Shown piece after piece: positions 14,737 to 24,833 of a DNA stretch of 64,000 nt. Both the position numbers and the translations under genes were made by a program. Position 1 is the first letter of the stretch. Each line of letters opens with the position of its first letter. Below the pieces are notes generated by a model. The model made no database searches, was not told the origin of the DNA, and worked only from the letters and a program-made list of their open reading frames with translations. The stretch is taken from IMG/VR virus record IMGVR_UViG_3300027759_004177, positions 186,001 to 250,000 of that record. One strand, written 5' to 3'.

Positions 14737-15243
14737 TTAACTGTTCAAAACTTTGGCAACACTATTCATAACACTAGCAATACGTCCGATGTCACGTAGG
14801 TTTTCTACTGTGTATCCTTCTTGCTTGAGTGTTTCATAGTGTGCTTTCACACAGAAGTGGCACTTGCCAACAATACTAGCTGCCAGGCTAAATGCTTCAA
14901 AGTTTGACTTGGTAGTTCCGCCATGACTAGCAATAGCGTTCATGCGTAACTGTGCTGGCAGGCCTTTAAGAGCAGGATCGTCAGCCATTTCAACATATGG
15001 ATACCACACATTGTTTTGTGCCATAATACTTGCGGCAGTCATTGCTGACTCTGCATGTACAGGTGCGTCTGCTAAAATCAAACTGACTAGTTTGCCGTTG
15101 CCTGTTGCGGCTAGTGCGGCTACAGCACAACCCATAGCCACATCCGCATCCAATGTGCTACGCACTAGAACAGCATCAAGATTTAACTTGGTGTCCTTTG
15201 CGTAGTCTGGCAACGCTTCTTTGACGGCGTCGTTGAAAGCCAT
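14737..15243 (-). CDS. ahpD: Alkyl hydroperoxide reductase AhpD
   Basis: LPDYAKDTKLNL, MAQNNVWYPY, CHFCVKAH (CxxC). Confidence 0.92.
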   Translation of the reverse strand: MAFNDAVKEALPDYAKDTKLNLDAVLVRSTLDADVAMGCAVAALAATGNGKLVSLILADAPVHAESAMTAASIMAQNNVWYPYVEMADDPALKGLPAQLRMNAIASHGGTTKSNFEAFSLAASIVGKCHFCVKAHYETLKQEGYTVENLRDIGRIASVMNSVAKVLNS

Positions 15244-15782
15244 TATAGTGTTTCTCCGCCCACTGTACGATTACATGCACACAGTTCGCCAGTTTGTAAC
15301 GCATCTAATACACGCAATGTTTCTTCTGGTGAGCGACCAACATTCAAGTTGTTGACAGTAACGTGTTGAATTTCGTTGTTGGGATCAACAATAAATGTGG
15401 CACGAAGTGCGGCACCTGCTGGCGCATAAAATACACCAAGTTGCTCGATCAAGCTCAACTCACCACGCTGTGTGTCAGCAAACTGGGTGTGAGTAATTTT
15501 CTTCAAATCCGCATGTGCGTTTTGCCATGCTACCTTGCAGAACTCATTGTCTGTGCTACCTGTTAGCAGGACTGCATCACGATCTGCAAAGTCACCTGCT
15601 AGTTTATCGTATGCAACAATTTCTGTTGGGCATACGAATGTGAAGTCTTTTGGATAGTAAACAATTACTTTCCACTTGCCTTCAAATGATTTTTCTGTAA
15701 TATCAAAGAAAGCGTCTTCTGGTTGTCCTGGCCGGACGCCTGTTACTACAAAAGGATCTAATTTTTGACCTACTGTTTTCAT
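15243..15782 (-). CDS. ahpC: Peroxiredoxin AhpC
   Basis: YPKDFTFVCPTEI peroxidatic motif; DALQTGELC. Confidence 0.95.
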   Translation of the reverse strand: MKTVGQKLDPFVVTGVRPGQPEDAFFDITEKSFEGKWKVIVYYPKDFTFVCPTEIVAYDKLAGDFADRDAVLLTGSTDNEFCKVAWQNAHADLKKITHTQFADTQRGELSLIEQLGVFYAPAGAALRATFIVDPNNEIQHVTVNNLNVGRSPEETLRVLDALQTGELCACNRTVGGETL

Positions 15783-15819
15783 GTGCTTCTCCTTTAAGTT
15801 AATATGAAATTATTTTGAT

Positions 15820-15904
15820 TGGTGCCCAGAAAGAGACTCGAACTCTTAAGCCTTGCGGCACTGGCTTCTAAGACCAGCGTGTATACCAATTCCACCATCT
15901 GGGC
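15820..15904 (-). tRNA. tRNA-Leu (TAG)
   Basis: GCCCAGATGGTGGAATTGG..., loop CTTAGAA, long variable arm, CCA. Confidence 0.92.
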
Positions 15905-15910
15905 AATACT

Positions 15911-15987
15911 TGGTGGGCCTTGTCAGATTTGAACTGACCACCCAACGATTATGAGTCGTTTGCTCTAACCTAATGAGCTAAAGGCCC
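15911..15987 (-). tRNA. tRNA (CAT), probably Ile2 (lysidine type) rather than elongator Met
   Basis: GGGCCTT acceptor, loop CTCATAA, A73, CCA. Confidence 0.85.
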
Positions 15988-15996
15988 TATGCTCGT

Positions 15997-16025
15997 ATTA
16001 TATACTAATTGTGTTTAAAGGTCAA
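15997..16025 (-). promoter_or_regulatory. Sigma70-type promoter for tRNA(CAT)-tRNA-Leu-ahpC-ahpD
   Basis: TTGACC-17nt-TATAAT ending 9 nt before the tRNA. Confidence 0.8.
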
Positions 16026-16030
16026 ACGAT

Positions 16031-17761
16031 TTAACGGCGCGGTCTGACCGGTTGTGCAGCAGTTCTACGTTGTCTTGGCGCAGGTGTTGTTGAATCAATT
16101 TCTGGTTCTTCTACGTCTGGCTCAATATCGGGAACAGCTGGTGTTGGCATTGCTGGTGCAACCGGTTCTGGTGTTGCCTTAGCGGGTATTTTTGTTGGAG
16201 CAACTTTTTGTTGCGGTGCTGGTGTGGCTTGAACTTGTGGCGTTTCTAATTTTTGAACATCAGCAAGATCTTTTAAAAGACCACCGATTTCAACTACGTT
16301 TCTAGCTGCACCATCTTGCAAATAAGAACGCATTTGTACAAACATACTTTTATCATTGTTGACTCGTTTGGCTTTTTGATCTTTTGGATAGCCATAAACT
16401 AATAATTTATAATTGGTTTTTTCTACATCAAGCACAGGAACTAGATCATAGGACTCTAATGCTTTGTATAACTCTGTACCAAATTGTAATTCTGTATAGG
16501 CTTTTTTTGCACTGGGGCTAATAACTACAACTCTGATATCCTCACCCAAGGTAGCATGGTGCACAACTCCTTTGGTGACTTCTGTTACAAAGTCGTACTC
16601 GCTCTTGGTATTATCGCCTTTGAGGCGACGATTAATTTCCTTATATACCCAAGTATAAACAGCTTTAAGTGCTGTATAGTTATAATTCATTGCTGTTTGG
16701 ATTACTGCCGAGCGTTCAGCTTGAGACATTTTAACATATTCTGGGTTTGGTTGAGTCTTGTCTGCTTTGCCATCTGGGCCGGGTAGGTATTGTGTTGGAG
16801 GAGCTTTTTTAAATTTTTTACGGAACTCGTCCGGCAAATCAAAATTAACTACACTTCTAAAGAATTTATCAACGTGATCAAATTCGTATCCACTTACTGC
16901 ACCAATATGTTTTACTGTTGCGGTTTTAATACTTAACAGTCGTTCTTTCTTTCCACCAAGAGCGATCCATAAATCTGCCTTGGTACTGTGTTGAGCTTCA
17001 GCCGTAGCGCCATCGGCAGTGACTTCAATGACATCGTTTGCATTTGCCTGTCGTATTTTTTCTATGGCGGTAAAAACATTCGACGAATCGTTTACATAAG
17101 TTGCACAATCTTCGTACAACCTGTATATTTCAGTTGAGTTTTCAAATTTAATAAACTCTTGAGGTTGTTTAGCCGACATCTCTAATGCACGATAATCATT
17201 GCGACTTAAAACAATACGTAATTGTAATTTTTTACCAAATGATTTTGTAAGATAGTTACCTTCTGTTATTTTTTGCACAGTTTTAAATACATCCTGGCCT
17301 TGCAACTGTTTAGTGGGATTTTCAAATTTGGTAATGACCGCACAACTCATAATACCTTCTGCAACGTTACCTTTGTTCCACCATTTACTATTTGATTCTT
17401 CGCCTTCGGCACCAATTTTTTGTTTTATATCTTTGGTTTTTTCAATTTGATTTAATTTATATGCGTCACCAGCGGAATCTATCATGCGGAATGCTTGCAT
17501 TTGAGATATTTGGTTCGGCGTTGCTGTTTCTTTTGGATCTGTGCCGGTTGGGTTCCAAATATTTTCTAGTTGTTTGGCAACAGGGGCAGGAAATGTTACA
17601 TCAATAATCTCATCGGGGATACCTTTACCTTTTTTAATTCTCAAGGTAACTGGCTGTTTATTTTTAATAAGATTGATTAGGTTCCGCCAATAATTAGGAT
17701 TTCGTGATTCAAAATTTTCTAAATTTATTGCGGCTTCGGGTAAAATTTGTTTGTATCTCAT
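16031..17761 (-). CDS. Hypothetical protein, possible PD-(D/E)xK nuclease-like domain, Pro-rich tail
   Basis: GNVAEG...KADL...LLSIK pattern; start probably MRYKQILPE at 17761, 7 nt after TAAATA. Confidence 0.55.
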   Translation of the reverse strand: MRYKQILPEAAINLENFESRNPNYWRNLINLIKNKQPVTLRIKKGKGIPDEIIDVTFPAPVAKQLENIWNPTGTDPKETATPNQISQMQAFRMIDSAGDAYKLNQIEKTKDIKQKIGAEGEESNSKWWNKGNVAEGIMSCAVITKFENPTKQLQGQDVFKTVQKITEGNYLTKSFGKKLQLRIVLSRNDYRALEMSAKQPQEFIKFENSTEIYRLYEDCATYVNDSSNVFTAIEKIRQANANDVIEVTADGATAEAQHSTKADLWIALGGKKERLLSIKTATVKHIGAVSGYEFDHVDKFFRSVVNFDLPDEFRKKFKKAPPTQYLPGPDGKADKTQPNPEYVKMSQAERSAVIQTAMNYNYTALKAVYTWVYKEINRRLKGDNTKSEYDFVTEVTKGVVHHATLGEDIRVVVISPSAKKAYTELQFGTELYKALESYDLVPVLDVEKTNYKLLVYGYPKDQKAKRVNNDKSMFVQMRSYLQDGAARNVVEIGGLLKDLADVQKLETPQVQATPAPQQKVAPTKIPAKATPEPVAPAMPTPAVPDIEPDVEEPEIDSTTPAPRQRRTAAQPVRPRR

Positions 17762-17771
17762 AGTGTAGTAT

Positions 17772-18530
17772 TTATCTACGCTCGATATCTTGTTCCACAC
17801 AGGCTGTGCCGTACTGTATTTCCACCAGTTTGCAAGGCTCTTTAAATGGATTTGTTAGCTGGTGCCATTCGCCGACTCCCACCCTATAGGTATCGTGTGT
17901 ATGTAGATGTTTAGGTGGTAATGAATATCCATTTTCCATAGCAGAATTTACTACAGCTTGTCCACTGGTAACTAACCAATATTCTGCACGTAGCTGATGG
18001 CGTTGCATACTTAGGCTTTGCCCCGGCTCTACTGTGAGTTCCTTGACTTTGGTGCCTGCAACTTCGTGTAGCACACGATAATATCCCCAAGGACGCTGGG
18101 TTTTAGGTGCTTTCCACTCCTCAAGGATCCAACTACTGCTGTTGGCTTTGTTTTCGCCACCAACACCAAATGCAAATTCAATGTTGGTATCTTGCACATC
18201 CATCTCAGGGATATTATCTTTTGTTCTATCGCCACCATTGGCAAAAACCAGAGTTGCTGCAGGATAGTGTGCTCTGACCTGTTGGATAAAATGTCGAGCT
18301 GATCCATCTTCATCATCAAAGGTGTAAACTTCATCTATCATGGCAAGATTGTTGACAACGCACAAGCGTTCGTTCCAAGGCATAAATGCACGGCCCTTCT
18401 TGCGTTCTAGCCATTCGTCGCTGTTTAGGCCAACAATTAATAGGTCGCCTAGAGATCGGGCTGCTTTGAAATAAGCGATATGTCCAGAGTGTACAGGATC
18501 AAACCCGCCGGTTGCCATTACTATTTTCAT
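17772..18530 (-). CDS. Cytidylyl/adenylyltransferase (RfaE/TagD-like) fused to a mannose-6-phosphate-isomerase-type cupin
   Basis: GGFDPVHSGH (HxGH), GLNSD, NGGDR; RPWG...LSMQRH...EYW...WHQL...VEIQYG. Confidence 0.88.
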   Translation of the reverse strand: MKIVMATGGFDPVHSGHIAYFKAARSLGDLLIVGLNSDEWLERKKGRAFMPWNERLCVVNNLAMIDEVYTFDDEDGSARHFIQQVRAHYPAATLVFANGGDRTKDNIPEMDVQDTNIEFAFGVGGENKANSSSWILEEWKAPKTQRPWGYYRVLHEVAGTKVKELTVEPGQSLSMQRHQLRAEYWLVTSGQAVVNSAMENGYSLPPKHLHTHDTYRVGVGEWHQLTNPFKEPCKLVEIQYGTACVEQDIERR

Positions 18531-19285
18531 CAGTCTGTGATCTTGTAGTAGTCTTTGTCTAGCCAGGTCACAACTAAATCTTCCAGTCTAGCATAGCCGT
18601 GCTGGCTTACGCTGTTGATTAAGCTGTCGTTGATGAGATTGCGTTCAGCCAAATCGTACCAGGTGGCCTGTTGTGTCAAGGACTCGTGGCCGCTGGCATA
18701 TACTGCTGCATACAACCAAGGCGTGCCACGTTTACGATAAAAATATGCATCTCTGCAATCAAATCCCGAGATGGCCAACATGTAAATTAGATTTAAAATA
18801 TTGTAATTGTAATATTGGTGACTATGTTGTTCAACCACTAAACTGCTGTTTTTCACATAGGTGCCCTGAGGTACTGTCAAGATCAGCATGCCATTTTCTT
18901 GCAAGGTTTCTTTCCATATCCGCAAACACTTGAATGGATCTAGAGCATATTGAAAACTATCGTGTGCCCAGATTAGATCCACTTGTCTGGGTACTACCCG
19001 TTCTTCGAAATTTCGCTCAATCGGTATCAAGTTTGGGTTACGGGCTAATATGTCAGGATCAATCTTGTTCAAATCTTGGTCTATGGCATATACTGTGTAA
19101 TTTCTAGGCTCGGCCGGTTCATCTCTGGTCATAAGGCTGGCCCACCATTCGGCATCAAGGCCGGCTCCACAACCCATGTCTGCTACACTGGTCAAACTAT
19201 CAAGAAAACTGTCGTAGCCGTACAACAAGTTTAATACTTCTAAACTGTGTTCGTGACTTAGGTAGGGATTTTTAAATAGACCCAT
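18530..19285 (-). CDS. Class I SAM-dependent methyltransferase
   Basis: VADMGCGAG; DLIWAHDSFQY; L...GMLILTVP. Confidence 0.85.
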   Translation of the reverse strand: MGLFKNPYLSHEHSLEVLNLLYGYDSFLDSLTSVADMGCGAGLDAEWWASLMTRDEPAEPRNYTVYAIDQDLNKIDPDILARNPNLIPIERNFEERVVPRQVDLIWAHDSFQYALDPFKCLRIWKETLQENGMLILTVPQGTYVKNSSLVVEQHSHQYYNYNILNLIYMLAISGFDCRDAYFYRKRGTPWLYAAVYASGHESLTQQATWYDLAERNLINDSLINSVSQHGYARLEDLVVTWLDKDYYKITD

Positions 19286-19526
19286 GTTGTAGAATTTCCA
19301 TCACCAATTTTTCTTTTAATTGCGTGAGTCTAAATTCCAATTGATGGCATGCTTCGGCTACTTCGGCATCTGTGCCCCAACCACGCTGTGTATTTAGATG
19401 GTATGCAAATTTTGCTACTGTGTCTTTTTCTAACTGTATATTTACAGCATCGTGCTTAGGTTTGGCTTGACAACAAAGTTCAAACTCTCGCAACAACTCA
19501 TCGGCACGTTGACGCCAATCCGTCAT
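19272..19526 (-). CDS. Hypothetical protein
   Basis: 84-aa ORF, ATGA-coupled to the upstream gene. Confidence 0.65.
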   Translation of the reverse strand: MTDWRQRADELLREFELCCQAKPKHDAVNIQLEKDTVAKFAYHLNTQRGWGTDAEVAEACHQLEFRLTQLKEKLVMEILQHGSI

Positions 19527-19975
19527 ACCACAATGTCTTCCATTCCGGCTGTGCGTAGTCTGACCACATGTCCCAACATGAAGTTCTTTGACTCAATGCC
19601 TTTCATGACGCCCAGCCAGCGATTGCGTAACAAGGCTACTTCATTGATAATAGTTTCCATGTCGACCACTTCATCCTCGGCTTCGGCATACTTTTCGGCA
19701 TCTCTTGATGTTAATGCTCTAGCATAGGCTTCTAAATACTTTTTATAATGACGTTGGCGGATTTTACGTAATTGTATGTTAAGAAATTCTAGCACAGCTT
19801 CAATCTCTTGCAGTTGATTAAATCTGTGTTCAGTCATGCCTGGCAAGTCGGACAACTCTTTTTCTACGCGACCACGTATTTTAATTTCTGTTTTGGCTGA
19901 CGTCATCTCGCCTTCGTAGTAGTCGATGAATTCAGGAATAACGCTTAGGTCAGCTACAATTCGATTATAAAACAT
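19523..19975 (-). CDS. uvsY: Recombination mediator protein, UvsY-like
   Basis: About 150-aa helical protein (KYLEAY...RDAEKYAEAEDEV) near uvsX and gp32. Confidence 0.6.
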   Translation of the reverse strand: MFYNRIVADLSVIPEFIDYYEGEMTSAKTEIKIRGRVEKELSDLPGMTEHRFNQLQEIEAVLEFLNIQLRKIRQRHYKKYLEAYARALTSRDAEKYAEAEDEVVDMETIINEVALLRNRWLGVMKGIESKNFMLGHVVRLRTAGMEDIVV

Positions 19976-21212
19976 CAAGGACTCCGGTTAGCCAAGGAAA
20001 AGTTTCACGCCAGTTGGTGTTGCGTCTACGATCAAGTTCGTCAAGATAAGTACGCAACTTGTTGATTTCGGTGGGATTTTTTTTGGTACTAGCAATTTGT
20101 TGTCTAACACCTTGCATATACTTACGTGCTTCCTGTTGTTGCCAAGTGTCTGCAGGCATAACTTCTAGCACCTGTGCAAAGTACGGATCTAGCAGTTCGG
20201 AATCAAAGATGTCTGGGTTCATGTAAGTGGGTGTGTTTGCGGTTATCAAATGATGCCCTATTTCTCTATGTGGTCTAAATGTGTTTATGTAATTGATCAA
20301 TGCTGGCATGGTAGGCACAGCCAATGCAGTGACCACTTGGTTTATGTTCAAAGTTATCCAACGTTGATTGACCAAATATTCAAAATTCTTTTTCCATTTT
20401 TCTAAATCCAAGCCCGATCTAATATACTCTTGTTCTGGACCCCAACAATCTATACTGGCAGTCACTTCAAAACGTTTGATCTTGCGTTCAGCAACCAAAT
20501 GTTTGATACGTTCTACATGCTCTTGCAATCGTTTATTATCGATCATCAAGTTACTTACTACATTAAATTCCAAATCTTTGTTACTATGATTATACAGGAA
20601 ATCCAAACAAGTGTCAAATTGTGCTTGATAAAATGGTTCTCCGCCCAACACATGAAATCTGCGTACAGTCAAATAATTATCGTCTAGCCAGGCCCATAAC
20701 TGTTCAGTCAGCAGGGCCTTGTCTGGATGCGGCCGATATTGGTTGTCAATTACAACACCGCCCAATTCAAATCTGCCGTGTTGATCATTTTCGTGTTTGA
20801 TGCGACTGCTAAACCCATCGTGGCAATATATACATCGTAGATTACAGGTATTGTCAAAATACACTTCTACAATTCTAGGGGTGACCATGATGGCCTCAGG
20901 ATCTGTGTCTAGTTCTGGCGGTGTTAGGTCTGGTATTGCCAGGTGTAGCATACGATCACTACTACCACCCGCACGTTCTATTTTTTCACAGTAATCGCAA
21001 CCACCTGAGGGCCATGCACCCAACAACATGGTTTGCCGATCTTGTAATTTTTTAGCAGTATTATGAAACTGATCAAACGATTCAGTTGATAGCGAACTTT
21101 TTTCTACTCTATGACAACTGTTGGTAGTTCCTTCGTACAAATAGATACTGCTCCAGGTCCATTTGAGCTGGCATGCAGTCGCTGTCTGTATTGGAAAATA
21201 CTTGTGTTGCAT
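19965..21212 (-). CDS. Radical SAM protein (N-terminal twitch-like)
   Basis: CQLKW..SCH..CDYC; CNLRCIYC; LGGEPF. Confidence 0.85.
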   Translation of the reverse strand: MQHKYFPIQTATACQLKWTWSSIYLYEGTTNSCHRVEKSSLSTESFDQFHNTAKKLQDRQTMLLGAWPSGGCDYCEKIERAGGSSDRMLHLAIPDLTPPELDTDPEAIMVTPRIVEVYFDNTCNLRCIYCHDGFSSRIKHENDQHGRFELGGVVIDNQYRPHPDKALLTEQLWAWLDDNYLTVRRFHVLGGEPFYQAQFDTCLDFLYNHSNKDLEFNVVSNLMIDNKRLQEHVERIKHLVAERKIKRFEVTASIDCWGPEQEYIRSGLDLEKWKKNFEYLVNQRWITLNINQVVTALAVPTMPALINYINTFRPHREIGHHLITANTPTYMNPDIFDSELLDPYFAQVLEVMPADTWQQQEARKYMQGVRQQIASTKKNPTEINKLRTYLDELDRRRNTNWRETFPWLTGVLDVL

Positions 21213-21445
21213 TACCAGTTGGAATCTTCGCCTTCGTCATCATCTTGTTCGTCATCGGCGGTGTATTCTTTGAGAGCTTTTTTCAAGGTGCTGTCTGTTG
21301 TACCAAACTCTTTAAGCTCTTGATCGCCCAACATATCAACCATGACACTCATTAGGTTATCGGCACACTCTTGACGATCCTTTGCAGGAACATACTGTTT
21401 CATAATGGTATATAGTTCGCTTAAAACTTCTGTATCGATGGTCAT
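21212..21445 (-). CDS. Small acidic hypothetical protein
   Basis: 77 aa, acidic tail, SD GAGG, coupled overlaps on both sides. Confidence 0.7.
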   Translation of the reverse strand: MTIDTEVLSELYTIMKQYVPAKDRQECADNLMSVMVDMLGDQELKEFGTTDSTLKKALKEYTADDEQDDDEGEDSNW

Positions 21446-22578
21446 ACTTTTTCCTCTTTGTTAATCCACGTTGTAAAATTTTCTGGAAATACGTCTAACA
21501 AAAGTGATCTGCGATGAGCAAATTCTGTTAGATAATGCTTTAACTTGGTTTTTTGTTCCATTGTTGATTCTACTGCTAAAGTTTCTTTGATTTCTTGGTC
21601 ATGATATTTATATTCAATTTGACATAACTGTGTCTTGGACTCAGGATCTAACACACTGGCACTTAGATATGCAGGATCGTTGCAGGGATTTAACAAATCT
21701 TTGTCAGTTGAATATTCCCGTTGAAAATCATCGAATCCATGCACAGTTAAATTACTCAACACACTACAAAATCTATAGTCAAACTGTGCGGCTATCAAAT
21801 CCAAGTTACGTCTAAACTGATCCCAGGTATTACCATGCCTGTTAAATTCGTATAATGCACCTGTGTTTTCTGCACTGACAGTAAATGTAGTGCTTTTAGG
21901 TAACTGTGACAATATCTGCGTTAATCGCTTGGTATTAACTCCTAGGCCTGTAAAAATATCAACGGATCCTGTTAGTCCTGTTACCAACTCTGTTAGTCCA
22001 TTGTATAAAAATGGCTCGCCACCGGTAATTTCTATTTGCTTGACTGTTTTAAATCTTTTTATTTCTGACAAAATAGTTTGGTAACTATCGCTGGCTTTTA
22101 TAGCAGGTTGTCCTAGTTGTAACACAATTCTATCGTTGGCTGTGATTTGATATCTTGGCTCATCAAAATATGCACCGTGATCTTTAACATCACGTAACCA
22201 AGCAGTACTGTACTGTTTACAGCAATAACTACAGGTTAGATTGCAATCGCTACCAACATTGATGTGTAACACTTGAGGACCAGCATAGATATCTGTGTGT
22301 GTTCTTTCTCCAGAATTCATCAGAGTACGTCGGCTGGGCAATCCACGACGTTCAGCTGACCAACAAGTATCTTCGCAACTTGCCACAGGCTCGTTGTTTA
22401 ACATTGCTTGTCGTTCTTGTATTAGTACGGGCGTGTTAAACAACTGTCCTGGGTTATTTCTAAGCCAGGACAAGTCAATCTTGGTAGCTGTAGCAGCACA
22501 GCACGAATTCATAGTTCTTCGTTCAGGCTCTACAGTTAACCACCAAAATTTTTGCGAGCAATAATTACTCTGCGACAT
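21442..22578 (-). CDS. Radical SAM protein (N-terminal twitch-like)
   Basis: CSQKF..SCC..CEDTC; CNLTCSYC; TGGEPF; start probably ATG 22578 after GAGG. Confidence 0.85.
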   Translation of the reverse strand: MSQSNYCSQKFWWLTVEPERRTMNSCCAATATKIDLSWLRNNPGQLFNTPVLIQERQAMLNNEPVASCEDTCWSAERRGLPSRRTLMNSGERTHTDIYAGPQVLHINVGSDCNLTCSYCCKQYSTAWLRDVKDHGAYFDEPRYQITANDRIVLQLGQPAIKASDSYQTILSEIKRFKTVKQIEITGGEPFLYNGLTELVTGLTGSVDIFTGLGVNTKRLTQILSQLPKSTTFTVSAENTGALYEFNRHGNTWDQFRRNLDLIAAQFDYRFCSVLSNLTVHGFDDFQREYSTDKDLLNPCNDPAYLSASVLDPESKTQLCQIEYKYHDQEIKETLAVESTMEQKTKLKHYLTEFAHRRSLLLDVFPENFTTWINKEEKV

Positions 22579-23686
22579 CAACCTCTTTTTTAGACTTCTT
22601 TGGCTTGTCTTCAACCACTGCGTCTAATTCAGCTTCTAGTTCTTCAATGTCCACTGACTTCTGATGTGGATTGGCAACAAAATCTACCATGGCCTTGTCC
22701 AAGCATGAATCTTCGTTGCGTTCCCATGCCTTGCGAAACTTCTTGATAATTTCACCTGTAGCCAGTGTATACACCAGGCTGTTGCCTTCTTTCTTCAGCA
22801 AGTCTTTGCCTTCAAATAGGTCAACCAAACCCGAGTAAGGATTCATACCTTCTTCGTACGGAATCTTGACCTGAACAGATTCAAATGGTTTGGCATAGCG
22901 TGTTTTCATGATCTTGCAAGCGGCACGGATGCCTTTTACTTCTGAAATCTTGTTGCCATCCTCATCTTCTTTGAGTTTTAACTTACGCATAGCTACAACA
23001 ATAGAGCTTGCATAGATAAAACCTTGTCCTCCTGATATTTTGTCGTCCGGATCAAACATGTCCTGTGACGCATAAGTGTGTGCTGTTGTTACTAGGCCAA
23101 TATTCAAGCTACCAAACATGTTTACGCAATTACGTACCAGGGCGGCCAGTGCCTTGGGCTTACGACCCATGTCACCTTTCATGTCCCCTGCTTCGAATTG
23201 ATTTACATCCGTGGGGGTAAGTAGCATACCCAACGAATCTACTACAAATAGTACTTTGGGACGTTGATCTTCTGGTAGTGTTTTGTATTCTTTGACAAAC
23301 TCCGAGATCATCTTGCCCACATCATCGATCATGGCCATGTTTAGTTTGAGTAACTTGTCCTCACTGGTATCTACATTTAATGCATGTAGCCATTTCTCGT
23401 CGAGTGCGTTTTCGCTATCAACCAGGATCACATAAATGCCTTGCTTTTGTGCATTGGCTACCAAGTTGCCCGAACAAATAAAACTTTTACCTGCGCCAGA
23501 CTCGCCAGCAAACACAGTAACTTTACCTAGTGGAACACCTTTGTTAAAGTCTCCTGAAATTAGATAGTTGAGAGCATAGTTATTTGTACTGATCCAATCT
23601 GTGGGATCGGTAAAGCCAACGCTGATACCGTCAATACTTTTGGTAATGCTCTTGCGAAATTTTGATACGTCAAATGGTTTAGCCAT
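22565..23686 (-). CDS. uvsX: RecA-like recombinase UvsX
   Basis: Walker A GESGAGKS, DSENALD, VVDSLG, SGGQG. Confidence 0.93.
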   Translation of the reverse strand: MAKPFDVSKFRKSITKSIDGISVGFTDPTDWISTNNYALNYLISGDFNKGVPLGKVTVFAGESGAGKSFICSGNLVANAQKQGIYVILVDSENALDEKWLHALNVDTSEDKLLKLNMAMIDDVGKMISEFVKEYKTLPEDQRPKVLFVVDSLGMLLTPTDVNQFEAGDMKGDMGRKPKALAALVRNCVNMFGSLNIGLVTTAHTYASQDMFDPDDKISGGQGFIYASSIVVAMRKLKLKEDEDGNKISEVKGIRAACKIMKTRYAKPFESVQVKIPYEEGMNPYSGLVDLFEGKDLLKKEGNSLVYTLATGEIIKKFRKAWERNEDSCLDKAMVDFVANPHQKSVDIEELEAELDAVVEDKPKKSKKEVDVAE

Positions 23687-24833
23687 GATAGTTTTCCTTG
23701 ATGTTATATAAATCTTTAAATATTTTACTGCTGTCTACTTTACGTCTTTGATCCAATGTATATAGCTCTGCCATTGAACCTAAGAAATCTTTTTCGAATG
23801 GTTGCTCAATGTAATGTAGCATGTTACGGTAACTATCTTCTAATAGATAGCCCGGGCTTTCATTGATCCTAGTTTCCAAAGTGCTCTTAACTGATTGTAA
23901 CACAGAGTCTGGCAAATGTCTAATGTTTAGGTATTCTGGCTCTAATAGTGCACCAATCACAAATGCATTATTATGGAATCCCTGTGCTTTTAGGAGATCC
24001 ACACAACCAAATATGCTTTGGTAGTTTAATAGGAAGTGTAGCATATTAAACGTAATTTTATGATCAAGTGAGTTTATGTGTTTTAAATTGTCTTGGAAAT
24101 CTTGCCAACGACCACCGTGTCTAACGTACTCAAACTCATCTTCCGTAGTTTCTACACTCACTGTCCAGTGTACATTACGAAACTCACATATACGCTCAAA
24201 TACTCGGGTATCTACTTTACTTAGATTTGTGTTGATACGTAAGTTTACATCAGGATCTAACAGGTCTAGCAACTCTAAGTTTTCCCGCATCAGCAGAGGC
24301 TCGCCGCCAGCTAGATAAACATGCTCAAGTTGATCGGCACGGTCAAATATATACTGTTTAAAATTGGCACGTTGTTCTTGTGTCGGTGTTTGTTGTTTGA
24401 TATCCAATTCATCTGCCCAACGGCTGCTAAACTCTGGATTACAATATACACAAGCAAAGTTACACAAGTTGGTCCAACGTACATCAATGGTTTTTAAATC
24501 AAAGTTTCCAGCACGATATGTATCCAAGCTGACATTTTTTAATTCTCGTATGTAAAACTTACGATCGCTGATAATATCAAATCCTTTTTTACCATGCTCT
24601 AAATCATAGCATGTGCGGCACGAAGGTACCGCAACATCTGATACAATTTTATTTTGTATCAGTACATTGGTGTTGCCATGTACTACTTGTTCTATTGGAG
24701 TGTCTTTGATATTGCCAATAGTACCAGCACTACGAATACAATTTTTGACTGTACCATCAAATCCGTTGTACATGAGGCCAGTCCAAGGTATAGGACAAAA
24801 ATATGGATTAGTTAATACGTCCTTGGGTGTCAT
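23679..24833 (-). CDS. Radical SAM protein (N-terminal twitch-like)
   Basis: CPIPW..NC..CRTC; CNFACVYC; AGGEPL. Confidence 0.85.
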   Translation of the reverse strand: MTPKDVLTNPYFCPIPWTGLMYNGFDGTVKNCIRSAGTIGNIKDTPIEQVVHGNTNVLIQNKIVSDVAVPSCRTCYDLEHGKKGFDIISDRKFYIRELKNVSLDTYRAGNFDLKTIDVRWTNLCNFACVYCNPEFSSRWADELDIKQQTPTQEQRANFKQYIFDRADQLEHVYLAGGEPLLMRENLELLDLLDPDVNLRINTNLSKVDTRVFERICEFRNVHWTVSVETTEDEFEYVRHGGRWQDFQDNLKHINSLDHKITFNMLHFLLNYQSIFGCVDLLKAQGFHNNAFVIGALLEPEYLNIRHLPDSVLQSVKSTLETRINESPGYLLEDSYRNMLHYIEQPFEKDFLGSMAELYTLDQRRKVDSSKIFKDLYNIKENYHG

